A stretch of DNA of 62,934 nucleotides, filler included, from 6 parts of 6 records of this genome joined end to end with filler, not necessarily neighbours in it, one strand, 5' to 3'. Positions 53,592 through 62,733 are shown, counted from the first letter of the whole stretch. The notes: a model not told the origin generated them from the letters alone. Numbers and translations are program-made.

Positions 53592-54899
53592 CTATTGTAG
53601 TCTGGACGAATCATGGGCGTCGGTCCATGCCTCAAATTCCCGGGCGAGCTCCTCGGGCGAGGTGATGCCCAGCATCATCTCCTGCAGCCCCGACTGAAGG
53701 AGTCCCATCCCTTCCGGGTCCAGGACGGCGTCGAGCACATAGCCTCCGGGAGTGTCGTTCATAAAGGAGTTCAGTTTGGAAACCAGCGGGTCCTGGGGAC
53801 TCATGCCCTCGATTATGCAGGCGGGGACGGCGCCATGTCTCTGGCGGATGGCGCCCCCTTCCGGGCCTCCGAAAAACCAGATCCACTCCCACGCGGCATC
53901 GGCTTTTTCCTCCGGCAGGCCGGATCTCATGCCGAATCCGGTTCCCGCGACGGCCGCCGTCGATCCCGCCTCGCCCTTCTGGTTCGGGATAGCGGGGAAT
54001 GTTCCCAGGGAGACGTACTTCTTCTGATCCTCCGTCAGTTCACCCACCATATTGTTGACTCTCCAGCCGCCGTCGATCATGTAGGCCGCCTGCTCGTTTA
54101 CGAAGTCCGTGGTCTCCTGTCCGAAGGGCGCCTGATTCAGGCCGGGTGTAAACATCTCATTGTCATAGAGGGTCTGGATGATCTTGAGGGCTTGTACGAA
54201 CTCTCTATCCTCGAAGGACGCGTTATCTCCGTTGACGGCTCTGCCGTACCAGTCCATTCCTCCGGTTCTTTCCAGCAGCGCGCTTAAAAGGCAGGACTGC
54301 ATCTGCCAGCCGTCGCCGTTGGACATGGATATGGGGATCAAGCCGGCATTGCGGATGATCTCTCCCTGGGCCAGGAGCTCCTCCAGCGTCTCGGCAGGCT
54401 TGAGGCCCAGCTCATCGAGGAGGCGGTCGTTTCTGTACATGACATGGGTGACGTTGATCGTTTCGGGGATCTGGTAATAGCCTCTTCTGAGTCCCTGGGG
54501 CATGACCGCCATAGGGACGAAAAGGTCCTTATGAGGCTCCATCCTGTCGCTTATGTCGGCGGCCAGGCCGCGGTCTATGATGTAACCCGTTCTCTTCCCC
54601 GGCCATAGGAACATCAGGTCGGGAAGCTGATCCGCCACAGCCATCGAGGACAGCTTGTTGTGATAGGGTTCTGAGTACAGAAACTCCGGCTTTATCTTGA
54701 TATCGGGGTGTAACTCTTCGAAGCGTGTTATCAGCTCGTCCCAGCGGGCGACCTGGGAGCTGTCGCTCACATCCATGGCGTAGAGCATGGACAGGGTGGT
54801 GACTCCCTCAGCCGTTTCCTCCTGTTCTCCTCCTGCGAACAAGGGCCCCGCGGCTAGAATCATCAGGACGATTCCCATGGTCTTCAAGGTACTTTTCAT
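53592..54899 (-). CDS. Sugar ABC substrate-binding protein
   Basis: GAGGAGG RBS; signal ending LFAGG; LPDL, IDGGW. Confidence 0.88.
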   Translation of the reverse strand: MKSTLKTMGIVLMILAAGPLFAGGEQEETAEGVTTLSMLYAMDVSDSSQVARWDELITRFEELHPDIKIKPEFLYSEPYHNKLSSMAVADQLPDLMFLWPGKRTGYIIDRGLAADISDRMEPHKDLFVPMAVMPQGLRRGYYQIPETINVTHVMYRNDRLLDELGLKPAETLEELLAQGEIIRNAGLIPISMSNGDGWQMQSCLLSALLERTGGMDWYGRAVNGDNASFEDREFVQALKIIQTLYDNEMFTPGLNQAPFGQETTDFVNEQAAYMIDGGWRVNNMVGELTEDQKKYVSLGTFPAIPNQKGEAGSTAAVAGTGFGMRSGLPEEKADAAWEWIWFFGGPEGGAIRQRHGAVPACIIEGMSPQDPLVSKLNSFMNDTPGGYVLDAVLDPEGMGLLQSGLQEMMLGITSPEELAREFEAWTDAHDSSRLQ

Positions 54900-54923
54900 A
54901 TTGTTCCTCCTCTTCGGAAAAAT

Positions 54924-54946
54924 GTATGTACAAAATACGTACATAC
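54924..54946. promoter_or_regulatory. Candidate ROK operator 1
   Basis: GTATGTAC-N7-GTACATAC perfect inverted repeat upstream of SBP. Confidence 0.65.
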
Positions 54947-54949
54947 GGT

Positions 54950-56227
54950 CTATAGATAATAATCCCTATCGATGGTGGATAAGGATTCCATCTGAAATAT
55001 GACATGGTTGTTCAGTCTGAATTTGATAAGGGCTTCCATGTACTCCTGACAGGACTCCCTCCTCTTCTCGTACAGAGAGAACAGGTCCATAAGGTTTTTG
55101 TACTGCTCTATCCAGGGGAGGGCCTCGGCGATGTAGGGGTCCGATTGGTGGGACAGCAGTACAGATACGGCAGCCCGTCCCTTTCTCGCCACCTCCTTCA
55201 AGGCCTTTCCGCAGTTCCAGTCCGGTATGTTCATTCCCGCCATGAAATCTTTCATAAGGCTGGGGTTGGAGAAGTAGGGGTTGATGCAGGATCTGAAGTT
55301 GAATCGCGCAAAGCTGCGAAAGGCGTCGAGTATCTCCGGTTCGATAAGAGATTTCAGAGCCTTCTGCCAGGAGGCTTCGGCCTGGTATTTCCTGCCTTCT
55401 TTGAAAAAGTCCGCCGCTGTCATGAGGGCGATCTGGGAGAGGTAGGGACGGTCCATCACGTTCAGGAGGATCCCGTCGCAGTGGTCCAGTATGTCGTTGT
55501 CCCTGTTCTCATAGGGGCCCAGGTGGAGTTCGTTGAGCATGACGCTGTCGTTGACCGGGAAGTTGTCCCAGTAAAGGGGCGCATGCCCTGTCTTCTCCTG
55601 GAAATAGAGGGTGTCTGGAGTGGAGAGGCTGTGGGAGCAGACCTCCCTGCCCGTCCAGAAAACTGCCAGTTCCGCAGGAAGGTCCCTGCAGAAGGCCCTG
55701 ATATACTCGGAGTCTCCGTTCCCATGGTATTCGGTGGGGCATGTGAGCAGCTCGATGGCGGGATCCCGTCGCTTGAGGTAGTCGTAGACCCGCATCAGAT
55801 AGCTGTTTTGAGCATCCGCCAGGGAGTGGAAACGGCCCAGGTCGCTCTGACTGGCCAGGAAGGGGGGGATATCGTCGAAAAAGATGCCGAAGCTTCTGAT
55901 TCCCCTGTCATAGAAACGGTTGATCTTATCCGTCAGGAGAGAGAAGTCTTTGTCTCCCGAGTACTGGAGGTCCAGTCCGGGGGAGAGGGAGAGGGTGAAG
56001 TCCATATTCAGCCGTTCAAGAAGTTCCGCCAGAGCGACGATGCTTTCGAATACAGCCTCCGGATAGGGCTCTCTCCACCGGTCTCTATGGTAGGGATCGT
56101 CCTTGGGGCCGTAGATGTAGCAGTTGTATCCCCATCCGGCTGCCCTGTTCAGGATCATTTCCCTGACGGCCGCCGGCCAGGGAGTGCCGTAATAGCCTTC
56201 GATCAGTCCCAGTTTCTTTTCTTTCAT
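54950..56227 (-). CDS. GH84 beta-N-acetylglucosaminidase (O-GlcNAcase family), cytoplasmic
   Basis: IEGYYGTPW, YIYGPKDDPYHR, catalytic FDD, CPTEY, WTG, WDNFPVND. Confidence 0.9.
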   Translation of the reverse strand: MKEKKLGLIEGYYGTPWPAAVREMILNRAAGWGYNCYIYGPKDDPYHRDRWREPYPEAVFESIVALAELLERLNMDFTLSLSPGLDLQYSGDKDFSLLTDKINRFYDRGIRSFGIFFDDIPPFLASQSDLGRFHSLADAQNSYLMRVYDYLKRRDPAIELLTCPTEYHGNGDSEYIRAFCRDLPAELAVFWTGREVCSHSLSTPDTLYFQEKTGHAPLYWDNFPVNDSVMLNELHLGPYENRDNDILDHCDGILLNVMDRPYLSQIALMTAADFFKEGRKYQAEASWQKALKSLIEPEILDAFRSFARFNFRSCINPYFSNPSLMKDFMAGMNIPDWNCGKALKEVARKGRAAVSVLLSHQSDPYIAEALPWIEQYKNLMDLFSLYEKRRESCQEYMEALIKFRLNNHVIFQMESLSTIDRDYYL

Positions 56228-56253
56228 TATCCTTTACCTTTGGTCATTTTTAA

Positions 56254-56276
56254 GTTTGTACGAATTTGGTATATAC
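56254..56276. promoter_or_regulatory. Candidate ROK operator 2
   Basis: GTTTGTAC-N7-GTATATAC in the GH84/ROK divergent region. Confidence 0.6.
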
Positions 56277-56357
56277 TATGTTTATCATTGAAGGGGTCCA
56301 GTGTCAATAAAAAAACGAGACAAATGGGAGGGTTATGCTCTAGAATAGGGTTCAATC

Positions 56358-57503
56358 ATGGAAGAGGGCATGTTTAAAATTCAGAACAGCAATCAAAGAA
56401 ACGTTCTGGGGCTGATTCGTAAAAACGGAGAGATATCGGGCGCCGACCTGACAAGAATCACGGGGCAGAGGCGCTCAACAATGGCCTATATTCTGAAGGT
56501 CCTGGAGCAGCGCGGCCTTATCGAATCCGCCGGGATCGGCACAACCACAGCCCACGGAGGTAAACCTCCGGTCCTGTGGAAGCTTGTTCAGGACGCCGGT
56601 TACATGATCGGCTTTGAGGTTACGCCCTACTATATACGGACGACCATAACGGACTTCGCCTCCCGCATTCTGTATCAGGACTCCCATAGCGAAAAGGAGT
56701 TCCTTTCCGACGGCAATACGAAATCTCTGGCGGAGTATATCCGCTCACGCATAGACGCCCTGCAAATCAATTCCGCCAGGATCATCGGTGTCGTCGTTGC
56801 CATCCCCGGATTTATTAACAATAAAACGGGACTGGCCTCCTATTACGGTCAGGCGGATATTTTCGAACTCTGTATCGAAAAGGAGCTGAATGAGCTGATC
56901 GATCTTCCCGTACGTATCCTGAACGACACCAATGCCGGGGCCCTGGGGATCAAGTGGTTCTCCATGACGCCGGAGGATAAGAATAACATCATCTTCATCA
57001 ACTACGATGAGAATCACGCCGGAATCGGTGCCGGGTTCATCTTCAACGGTTCCCTCTATACCGGGAATGACGGAATCGCCGGAGAGTTTATGCTGGAGGC
57101 ATCCAAACTGGATGAACTTCTGGGGCGTTTCTGCAAAGACTTTCCCGACACCCCCCTTCGGAAGGGCATGGAGCTGGAAGAGCTCGCCGCCCATGCCCTG
57201 CGGGGAGACATGGCCGCCTGCGGGATCATCGATGAGATCTGTACCCAGGTGGCTTCCGAACTCTCCCGTCTCGTCACCCTATTGAATCCCAGCCAGATCA
57301 TCATCGGAGGAAGTCTGAGCCACGGGGGGGACAGGGTACTGTCCCTGGTGACAGAAAAGGTAAAGGACGTCTGCACGGACTTCTACCCCCGGGGGATCAT
57401 CCTCCCGGCCATCCGCTTCTCTCCCTATGGGGTATATTCCATTTCCATGGGCGCCACCGCTCTTCTGGTGGACGAGATCTTCAATACCGCCCGGGTGGAT
57501 TGA
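56358..57503 (+). CDS. ROK family transcriptional regulator
   Basis: HTH, GGKPP, NDTNA, GIGAG, AGEF; lacks the Cys zinc motif. Confidence 0.88.
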   Translation: MEEGMFKIQNSNQRNVLGLIRKNGEISGADLTRITGQRRSTMAYILKVLEQRGLIESAGIGTTTAHGGKPPVLWKLVQDAGYMIGFEVTPYYIRTTITDFASRILYQDSHSEKEFLSDGNTKSLAEYIRSRIDALQINSARIIGVVVAIPGFINNKTGLASYYGQADIFELCIEKELNELIDLPVRILNDTNAGALGIKWFSMTPEDKNNIIFINYDENHAGIGAGFIFNGSLYTGNDGIAGEFMLEASKLDELLGRFCKDFPDTPLRKGMELEELAAHALRGDMAACGIIDEICTQVASELSRLVTLLNPSQIIIGGSLSHGGDRVLSLVTEKVKDVCTDFYPRGIILPAIRFSPYGVYSISMGATALLVDEIFNTARVD

Positions 57504-57566
57504 TCTCCTGCAAAGGGCCGGGAATGCTTCTGTTCTCCGGCTCGTTAATCGTTTATAATTCTGTCT

Positions 57567-57695
57567 ATGAGTTCTTACAGCCATACAGCACTGCCTGATG
57601 AATTTATTCCCGTCTCCTGTCCCCGGGACTGCGGAGGGGGCTGTCCCATGGTCGCCGAACTGGATCCAAATGGAAGGATTCTGGGGATAAAAGAT
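57567..57695 (+). CDS. DMSO-reductase-family molybdopterin oxidoreductase, 3'-truncated
   Basis: MSSYSHTALPDEFIPVSCPRDCGGGCPMVAELD; CxxxCxxxC N-terminal Fe-S motif. Confidence 0.65.
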
Positions 57696-57795
57696 NNNNN
57701 NNNNNNNNNNNNNNNNNNNNNNNNNNNNNNNNNNNNNNNTTAATTAATTAANNNNNNNNNNNNNNNNNNNNNNNNNNNNNNNNNNNNNNNNNNNN
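57696..57795. other. Artificial contig linker
   Basis: N-run/TTAATTAATTAA/N-run. Confidence 0.98.
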
Positions 57796-58747
57796 CTTCC
57801 TTGACGTGCACATCGCGCTGTGGAAATGGTATTGTAAGCCCATTGTCCTCAAGTGCAACCTTGATTTTGGCCGTCAGGTCAAAATAGGTGCCCCAGTAAT
57901 CGGCGGATTTGACCCAGGGGCGGACGACGAAATTGACACTGCTGTCGGCCAGTTCGGAAACGGCCACGACCGTTGCCGGCTCGGGGAGAATCCGCTCTTC
58001 GGCCGCCAGGACCTTCTCGATGACCTTCCGGGCCTTCTGCAGGTCGTCTTCATACCCGATGCCGATGACCATGTCCACGCGGCGCGTCCCGTTGACGGTG
58101 TAATTCTTGATGTTGCCCCCCATGACCTGGGAGTTGGGGACGATGATCCGTACGTTGTCGGGCGAGTTCAAAATGGTGGTAAAGATGCCGATCTCTGCGA
58201 CGCTGCCCGCGGCGCCACCGGCCTCGACGTAGTCACCGATGCGTATCGGTTTGAAAATGAGCATCAGGACACCTGAGGCGAAGTTGGCCAGTGATCCCTG
58301 CAGTGCCAGACCGACGGCCAGGCCGGCGGCACCGATCAGGGCGATGAACGATCCCGTCTGGATCCCGATCTTTGCCAGCGCCGCGATGATCACGAACGCG
58401 AGCATCCCGACGTAGCAGAGGTCCTTGATGAAGCGCACCAGGGTTTCGTCCATCTTGGCTTTGGTCAGGGCCTTGCCGGCAAGACTCGACAGCAGTCGGG
58501 CGATCCATCGGCCGACGAAGAAGATAATCAATGCGCCGACAATCTTCAGCCCGTATTCCATCAGGTATTCATAGAGACGAGTCAGGATTTGCTGGGCGGT
58601 GTCCACATTGATGTCACTCAGGTCCATGGCCTCGCTCGTCGCTTCGTTGGGGTCGCCCTGTGCGAAACTGACGCTTGTGATCCCACACAGCGTCGCGACG
58701 AGCACAACCAGTCCCCATCTCGCTGTCAGGTTTCTCAGATTTCTCAT
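57796..58747 (-). CDS. mscS: Small-conductance mechanosensitive channel, 3' end truncated
   Basis: GAAGLAVGLALQGSLANFASG, GDYV, VPNS, IPFPQRDV. Confidence 0.93.
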
Positions 58748-59251
58748 AGCACATCCTTTCACATCCATGACGATCTCTCATCTGTCCACATTCACACGAT
58801 TTCATCACGGCGACATCCGGGGAGACCTGTCCTCTGTCTCTGGATTCAAACCATTCATTCGCCGCCATTTCATTTGCGGCCGTAGAGCGAATCAGGGCTG
58901 TCGGTTGCGTGTCCTGGTTGTCTCCAGGACCGGGCCTGGAAAAGCCAAGGGGCGAGTGTCGTGTCTAGGTTGGCCTGAGAGTCGGAGATGCGCTATCTTT
59001 CTTCCCCTTTTTTGCAAGCTTGCGAATTCCACACAGCCGCACATTGAGATTATTGTACATCCATTTACCCCTGCAAGTTCCGGGATTTCCGATATTTTTT
59101 TTCGGGCCCATTGGCGTCCCGTGCCAGCGACAGTTGGACACCGACTGCCCAGACGGGCGCGGAAGACTCTCGGGATCGGGGGGCCGGGCAATAAAGATTT
59201 CCATTTTCCGCCATGTCCCTTATAATACGGTGCTAAACTGAGAAGGGGTCT

Positions 59252-59863
59252 ATGACGCGTGCGTTTGAACAACTGACAGATGCCCAGCTGCTCCAGCGTT
59301 ATATGCAGGGCGAGGAAGCGGCTTTCCAGGAGATCGTCGGCCGCTACAAGAACAGTCTATACGCATTTCTCAAGCAGTTCCTCAATCGGACCGACCTGGT
59401 CGAGGATGTCTTTCAGGAGACCTTTCTACAGCTGTTCACGAGCCGGGCGAGCTTTGACTTGAACCGGCCGCTGAGGCCCTGGCTGTTCACGATTGCGGCC
59501 AACAAGGCCAAGGATGCCCTGCGCAAGAGCCAGCGGACCAGCGCCGTCCCCATTGGGGCCATTTCCGATGCCCAGGATATGTCGTTCGATGAGATGCTCA
59601 ATACGTTGGGCTCCGATAATGTCTCGCCGTACGATAAGTTGGAGGAGGACGAGACGGCTAATCGGGTCAACGGGGTGATCGCCGGGATGCCGGAAAACCT
59701 GCGCGAGATCCTGGTGTTGTCCTATTTCCACAAATTTTCTTATAAACAAATGGCCGATGTCCTGAGTATACCCATTGGGACTGTTAAGAGCAGACTCCAT
59801 ACAGCCGTAGCCAGATTCGCCAAAGATTGGAAAGCGACAGTAGGGAGCAAAAAGGTCAAATGA
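59252..59863 (+). CDS. ECF RNA polymerase sigma factor
   Basis: EDVFQETFL, WLFTIAAN, SYKQMA..L.IPIGTVKSRL. Confidence 0.93.
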   Translation: MTRAFEQLTDAQLLQRYMQGEEAAFQEIVGRYKNSLYAFLKQFLNRTDLVEDVFQETFLQLFTSRASFDLNRPLRPWLFTIAANKAKDALRKSQRTSAVPIGAISDAQDMSFDEMLNTLGSDNVSPYDKLEEDETANRVNGVIAGMPENLREILVLSYFHKFSYKQMADVLSIPIGTVKSRLHTAVARFAKDWKATVGSKKVK

Positions 59864-60906
59864 CCCCTTTCGACAACCAGCAGGAACAGCTATTGTTCGA
59901 CCATGCCCTCGGATTGACGTCCGACCACCAAGCCGCCGAGGCCGAGCGGCTGGTGGCGACCGATGCCGAGGCCGCCCATATCTACAACTCACTGCGCGAG
60001 GCCCTTTCTCCCCTGGATCTGCTGGAGTTTGAGCCCTGCCCGGATGTTCTGGCAGAGCGCACGATATCCGGTCTCAGGGAAAAGGCCCAGGCCAGCGGGG
60101 GACAGGCCCGTCTGGAGCAGTTGCTGGAGGCCGAGCAGGTGGGGGCTGCGCGCATCAAGATCCCGTTCTGGCGCAACTGGGGCGACATTGCCGCGGTAGC
60201 GGCGGTACTCGTCTTGTTCGTCGGGGTCGTCCTTCCGGCTCTCGGCTTCAGCCGCCAGCGCTATTGGCAGCAGCAGTGTCAGGCGCAGCTTGGCAACATT
60301 CACGGCGGACTGGCCAGTTACGTTTCCGAGCACGACGGCCGACTGCCCAGCGTGCCCGTGGCACCGGGTTCACCCTGGTGGAAAGTGGGATACCAGGGGG
60401 CGGAGAATCATTCCAACACTCGGCGGGCCTGGCTCCTGGTCAAGCAGGGCTATGTGGACCCCAGTCGATTTGTTTGTCCGGGCCGGCAGCAAGGCCGGGA
60501 ACTGGGATTCGATACGCTGAAGGTCGCCACGTACAACGATTTTCCTGAGCGGGCCTATGTGCACTTCAGCATTCGCATCGGGTGCCCCGAATCGCAGCAA
60601 CAGGGCTTGACGGTGCGCAGGGCGATCTTCGCCGATCTGAATCCGATCGCCGAGAAACTGCCTACCGATTACGCCTCGCCTTTCAGCCTGCGCATGTGTC
60701 AGGATCTTCTGACGTCCAACAGCGCCAATCACAACCGTCGTGGTCAAAATGTCCTCTTCTGCGATGGTTCGGTCGAGTTCACGCGCCGGCGCCACACGAG
60801 CATTTCCGAGGACGATATCTATACCCTCACCGATATGGCCGACGGGTGTGAGGTCCGCGGCTACGAAGTCCCCTCCTGTGAGACAGACGCCTTCCTGGCC
60901 CCGTAA
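59860..60906 (+). CDS. Putative anti-sigma factor with DUF1559/pilin-like helix and H-X9-DG domain
   Basis: ATGA overlap with sigma; single TM; C..QL..I..GL..Y..EHDG.LP; NH...GQNVLFCDGSV. Confidence 0.65.
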   Translation: MTPFDNQQEQLLFDHALGLTSDHQAAEAERLVATDAEAAHIYNSLREALSPLDLLEFEPCPDVLAERTISGLREKAQASGGQARLEQLLEAEQVGAARIKIPFWRNWGDIAAVAAVLVLFVGVVLPALGFSRQRYWQQQCQAQLGNIHGGLASYVSEHDGRLPSVPVAPGSPWWKVGYQGAENHSNTRRAWLLVKQGYVDPSRFVCPGRQQGRELGFDTLKVATYNDFPERAYVHFSIRIGCPESQQQGLTVRRAIFADLNPIAEKLPTDYASPFSLRMCQDLLTSNSANHNRRGQNVLFCDGSVEFTRRRHTSISEDDIYTLTDMADGCEVRGYEVPSCETDAFLAP

Positions 60907-60919
60907 CGGGTTCCACCGC

Positions 60920-61482
60920 GCTCCTTTCTAGTCTCCTATCCCGGTGTCACCTGTTCGTCTCGAGTGGCTGACCCAGCAAACGGAGGCCACATCGTAGCGC
61001 CTTCCTTCAGTGCCAGACGCATCTCATTCCTTCGCGGCATGCGAATGCCTCTCAATCTGATCTCTCAGGATGAGAAGCATCAATGCGCAACCCCCCGCTC
61101 CAGGGTGTAAGGGGAGATCCTCAATCTGGCACGCCGCTTGCGTAAGACTTAGTACCCAGTAAATCCGGCTGGGGGGAACTGGTGACGGACATGAACGTGT
61201 CGGGTCACATGGAAAGGAGCATCGTGAAGGTTGGGCTCGAGTGCCCTCTAGACGAGCAACTGCGGAATCAACATCGGGGTCTCGAGCCCAACACAACATT
61301 GGCGCGCTTCGGCGCGATAACCATAGCGATCACTTCCTGTCTAAGCTCCTGCCAGAGCACGGGAGTCGCAGCGACAATCCGCGGGCGCCCGTGCTGGCAG
61401 GGGTTATCAAGAAAGAGCAATTGACCCATGGGGGGCGAGTGCCCGTGACGGATGCTGTGGCACGCTCACGGGCACGGCCGCC
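60920..61482 (+). ncRNA. Candidate large structured RNA of unknown class
   Basis: Nested long-range stems, GNRA and cUUCGg tetraloops, 10-12-bp perfect helices. Confidence 0.45.
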
Positions 61483-61485
61483 AAG

Positions 61486-61689
61486 ATGAGCCTGCATCGC
61501 ATGAAGACACAGAATGCAAAATCGACGCCTGCCAAGAAGGCCACGGGCGGTTCCTCACAATATTCGACCGCAGATGAGCCGCTCCGGTGCTACCGCATCT
61601 GGGCCGATCGGAAGAGGACACCGAGGCACAAGAAGCGTCATCGCCTGATACTCGGGCCCTACCCACCCATCGAACGGACCCGGCCCTGA
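61486..61689 (+). CDS. Possible small basic protein
   Basis: 67-aa Lys/Arg-rich ORF ending just before the queG stop; no motif recognised. Confidence 0.25.
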   Translation: MSLHRMKTQNAKSTPAKKATGGSSQYSTADEPLRCYRIWADRKRTPRHKKRHRLILGPYPPIERTRP

Positions 61690-61699
61690 GTGCAGTGAC

Positions 61700-62650
61700 C
61701 TAATCATCTCCGATGTTCTCCAGGCAGATGCGGGCGTTGCGTTGGAGCGCCTCGAGTCCGGGACGAAGGATGGGCGAGCGTGCGAATTCAGTGGCGAAGG
61801 ATTCGGGGCTCAGTTCGAGAATGTGGGATAGCCCCAGAGACGCTCGTTCGGGATGGAATCGGAATCGGCGGTTTGCGCAGACCGGAGCGGCGTGACGATA
61901 GGGACAGGCACGTACGCATTCGTCGCAGCCAAAGACTCGATTCCCCATCTTTCCGGCCAGTGTCGACGGGATCGCACCGCGGTATTCTATCGTCAGGTAG
62001 CTAATGCATTGGTTGGCGTCGAAATCGCCATTGGCGCTCAGGGCACTCGTGGGGCAGGCGCGCAGGCAACGGTCGCAGCCCACGCATGTCCCTGGGGTCG
62101 GATCGTCAGGACGCAGTGTGACGGTGGTGACCAACTCGCCCAGGAAGACCTGGGGCCCAAGCGTCGGGTGAATGAGCATGTGGTTGCTGCCGATGAAGCC
62201 GAGCCCCGCGCGCACCGCCAACGCCCGTTCGGCCAGCGGGACCGAATCGACACAGGCCTTGAACCGTTGCGCCTCGTCCGTTTGCGCACGCACGAAGTCG
62301 GCCAGTGTATGGAGCAGTGGTCGCATGAAGTCATGATAGTCCTCGTAGCGGGCGTACGTGGCCACCGTCCCCGCCGGGCCATCCGGAGTGGGCCGAGACT
62401 CCTCCTCTTCATTCGGTTTGTAGTTCAGCGCGACCACAACGACCGATCGGGCCCCCTCCAGCAGGGCGGCCGGATCGGTCCGTTTCTCCAAGTTGCGCTG
62501 CAGGTATCCCATTTCACCGGCAGCGCCCGAGTCGAGCCAGGCTCTCAGGTGCTCGACGTCCGCGTCGGCAATCGGCGCGGCATCGGTGATGCCGACCGCA
62601 TCGAAGCCCAACTCCAGGGCGCGGTCCTTAATCTCTTGTTCCAAACTCAT
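61700..62650 (-). CDS. queG: Epoxyqueuosine reductase QueG
   Basis: LGFDAVG, YARYEDYH, ER..A.RAGLG, CxxCxxCxxxCP, CISYLTIE, FGCDEC...CP. Confidence 0.93.
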   Translation of the reverse strand: MSLEQEIKDRALELGFDAVGITDAAPIADADVEHLRAWLDSGAAGEMGYLQRNLEKRTDPAALLEGARSVVVVALNYKPNEEEESRPTPDGPAGTVATYARYEDYHDFMRPLLHTLADFVRAQTDEAQRFKACVDSVPLAERALAVRAGLGFIGSNHMLIHPTLGPQVFLGELVTTVTLRPDDPTPGTCVGCDRCLRACPTSALSANGDFDANQCISYLTIEYRGAIPSTLAGKMGNRVFGCDECVRACPYRHAAPVCANRRFRFHPERASLGLSHILELSPESFATEFARSPILRPGLEALQRNARICLENIGDD

Positions 62651-62733
62651 GGCGGCCATTATACTACACAGGGCTCAAAGTGCGATATGGCAGACGTCTG
62701 GGCCGGGTGACAAGCGGAGATTGGAGGTCCTTC

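Noticed and set aside
55004-56377. 457-aa + strand ORF
   Set aside because: Antisense shadow of GH84 in GC-rich sequence; no recognisable motifs. The same applies to 52821-53540, 53613-54287 and 61853-62710
9890-57795. Five identical N/TTAATTAATTAA/N blocks as a repeat family, and gene neighbourhoods spanning them
   Set aside because: Artificial concatenation linkers; GC content and gene style change at the joins
58770-59250. c-di-GMP-I riboswitch (AAACCATTC, GGCCGCAAA fragments) or ORFs 58599-59225 and 58892-59272
   Set aside because: Fragments lie on opposite strands and lack the GAAA tetraloop arrangement; ORFs show no protein-like features
60920-61482. Identification as SRP RNA, RNase P, tmRNA or group II intron
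   Set aside because: CAGG..AGCA spacing too short for SRP helix 8; no GAGGAAAGUCC, tRNA-like ends or domain V seen
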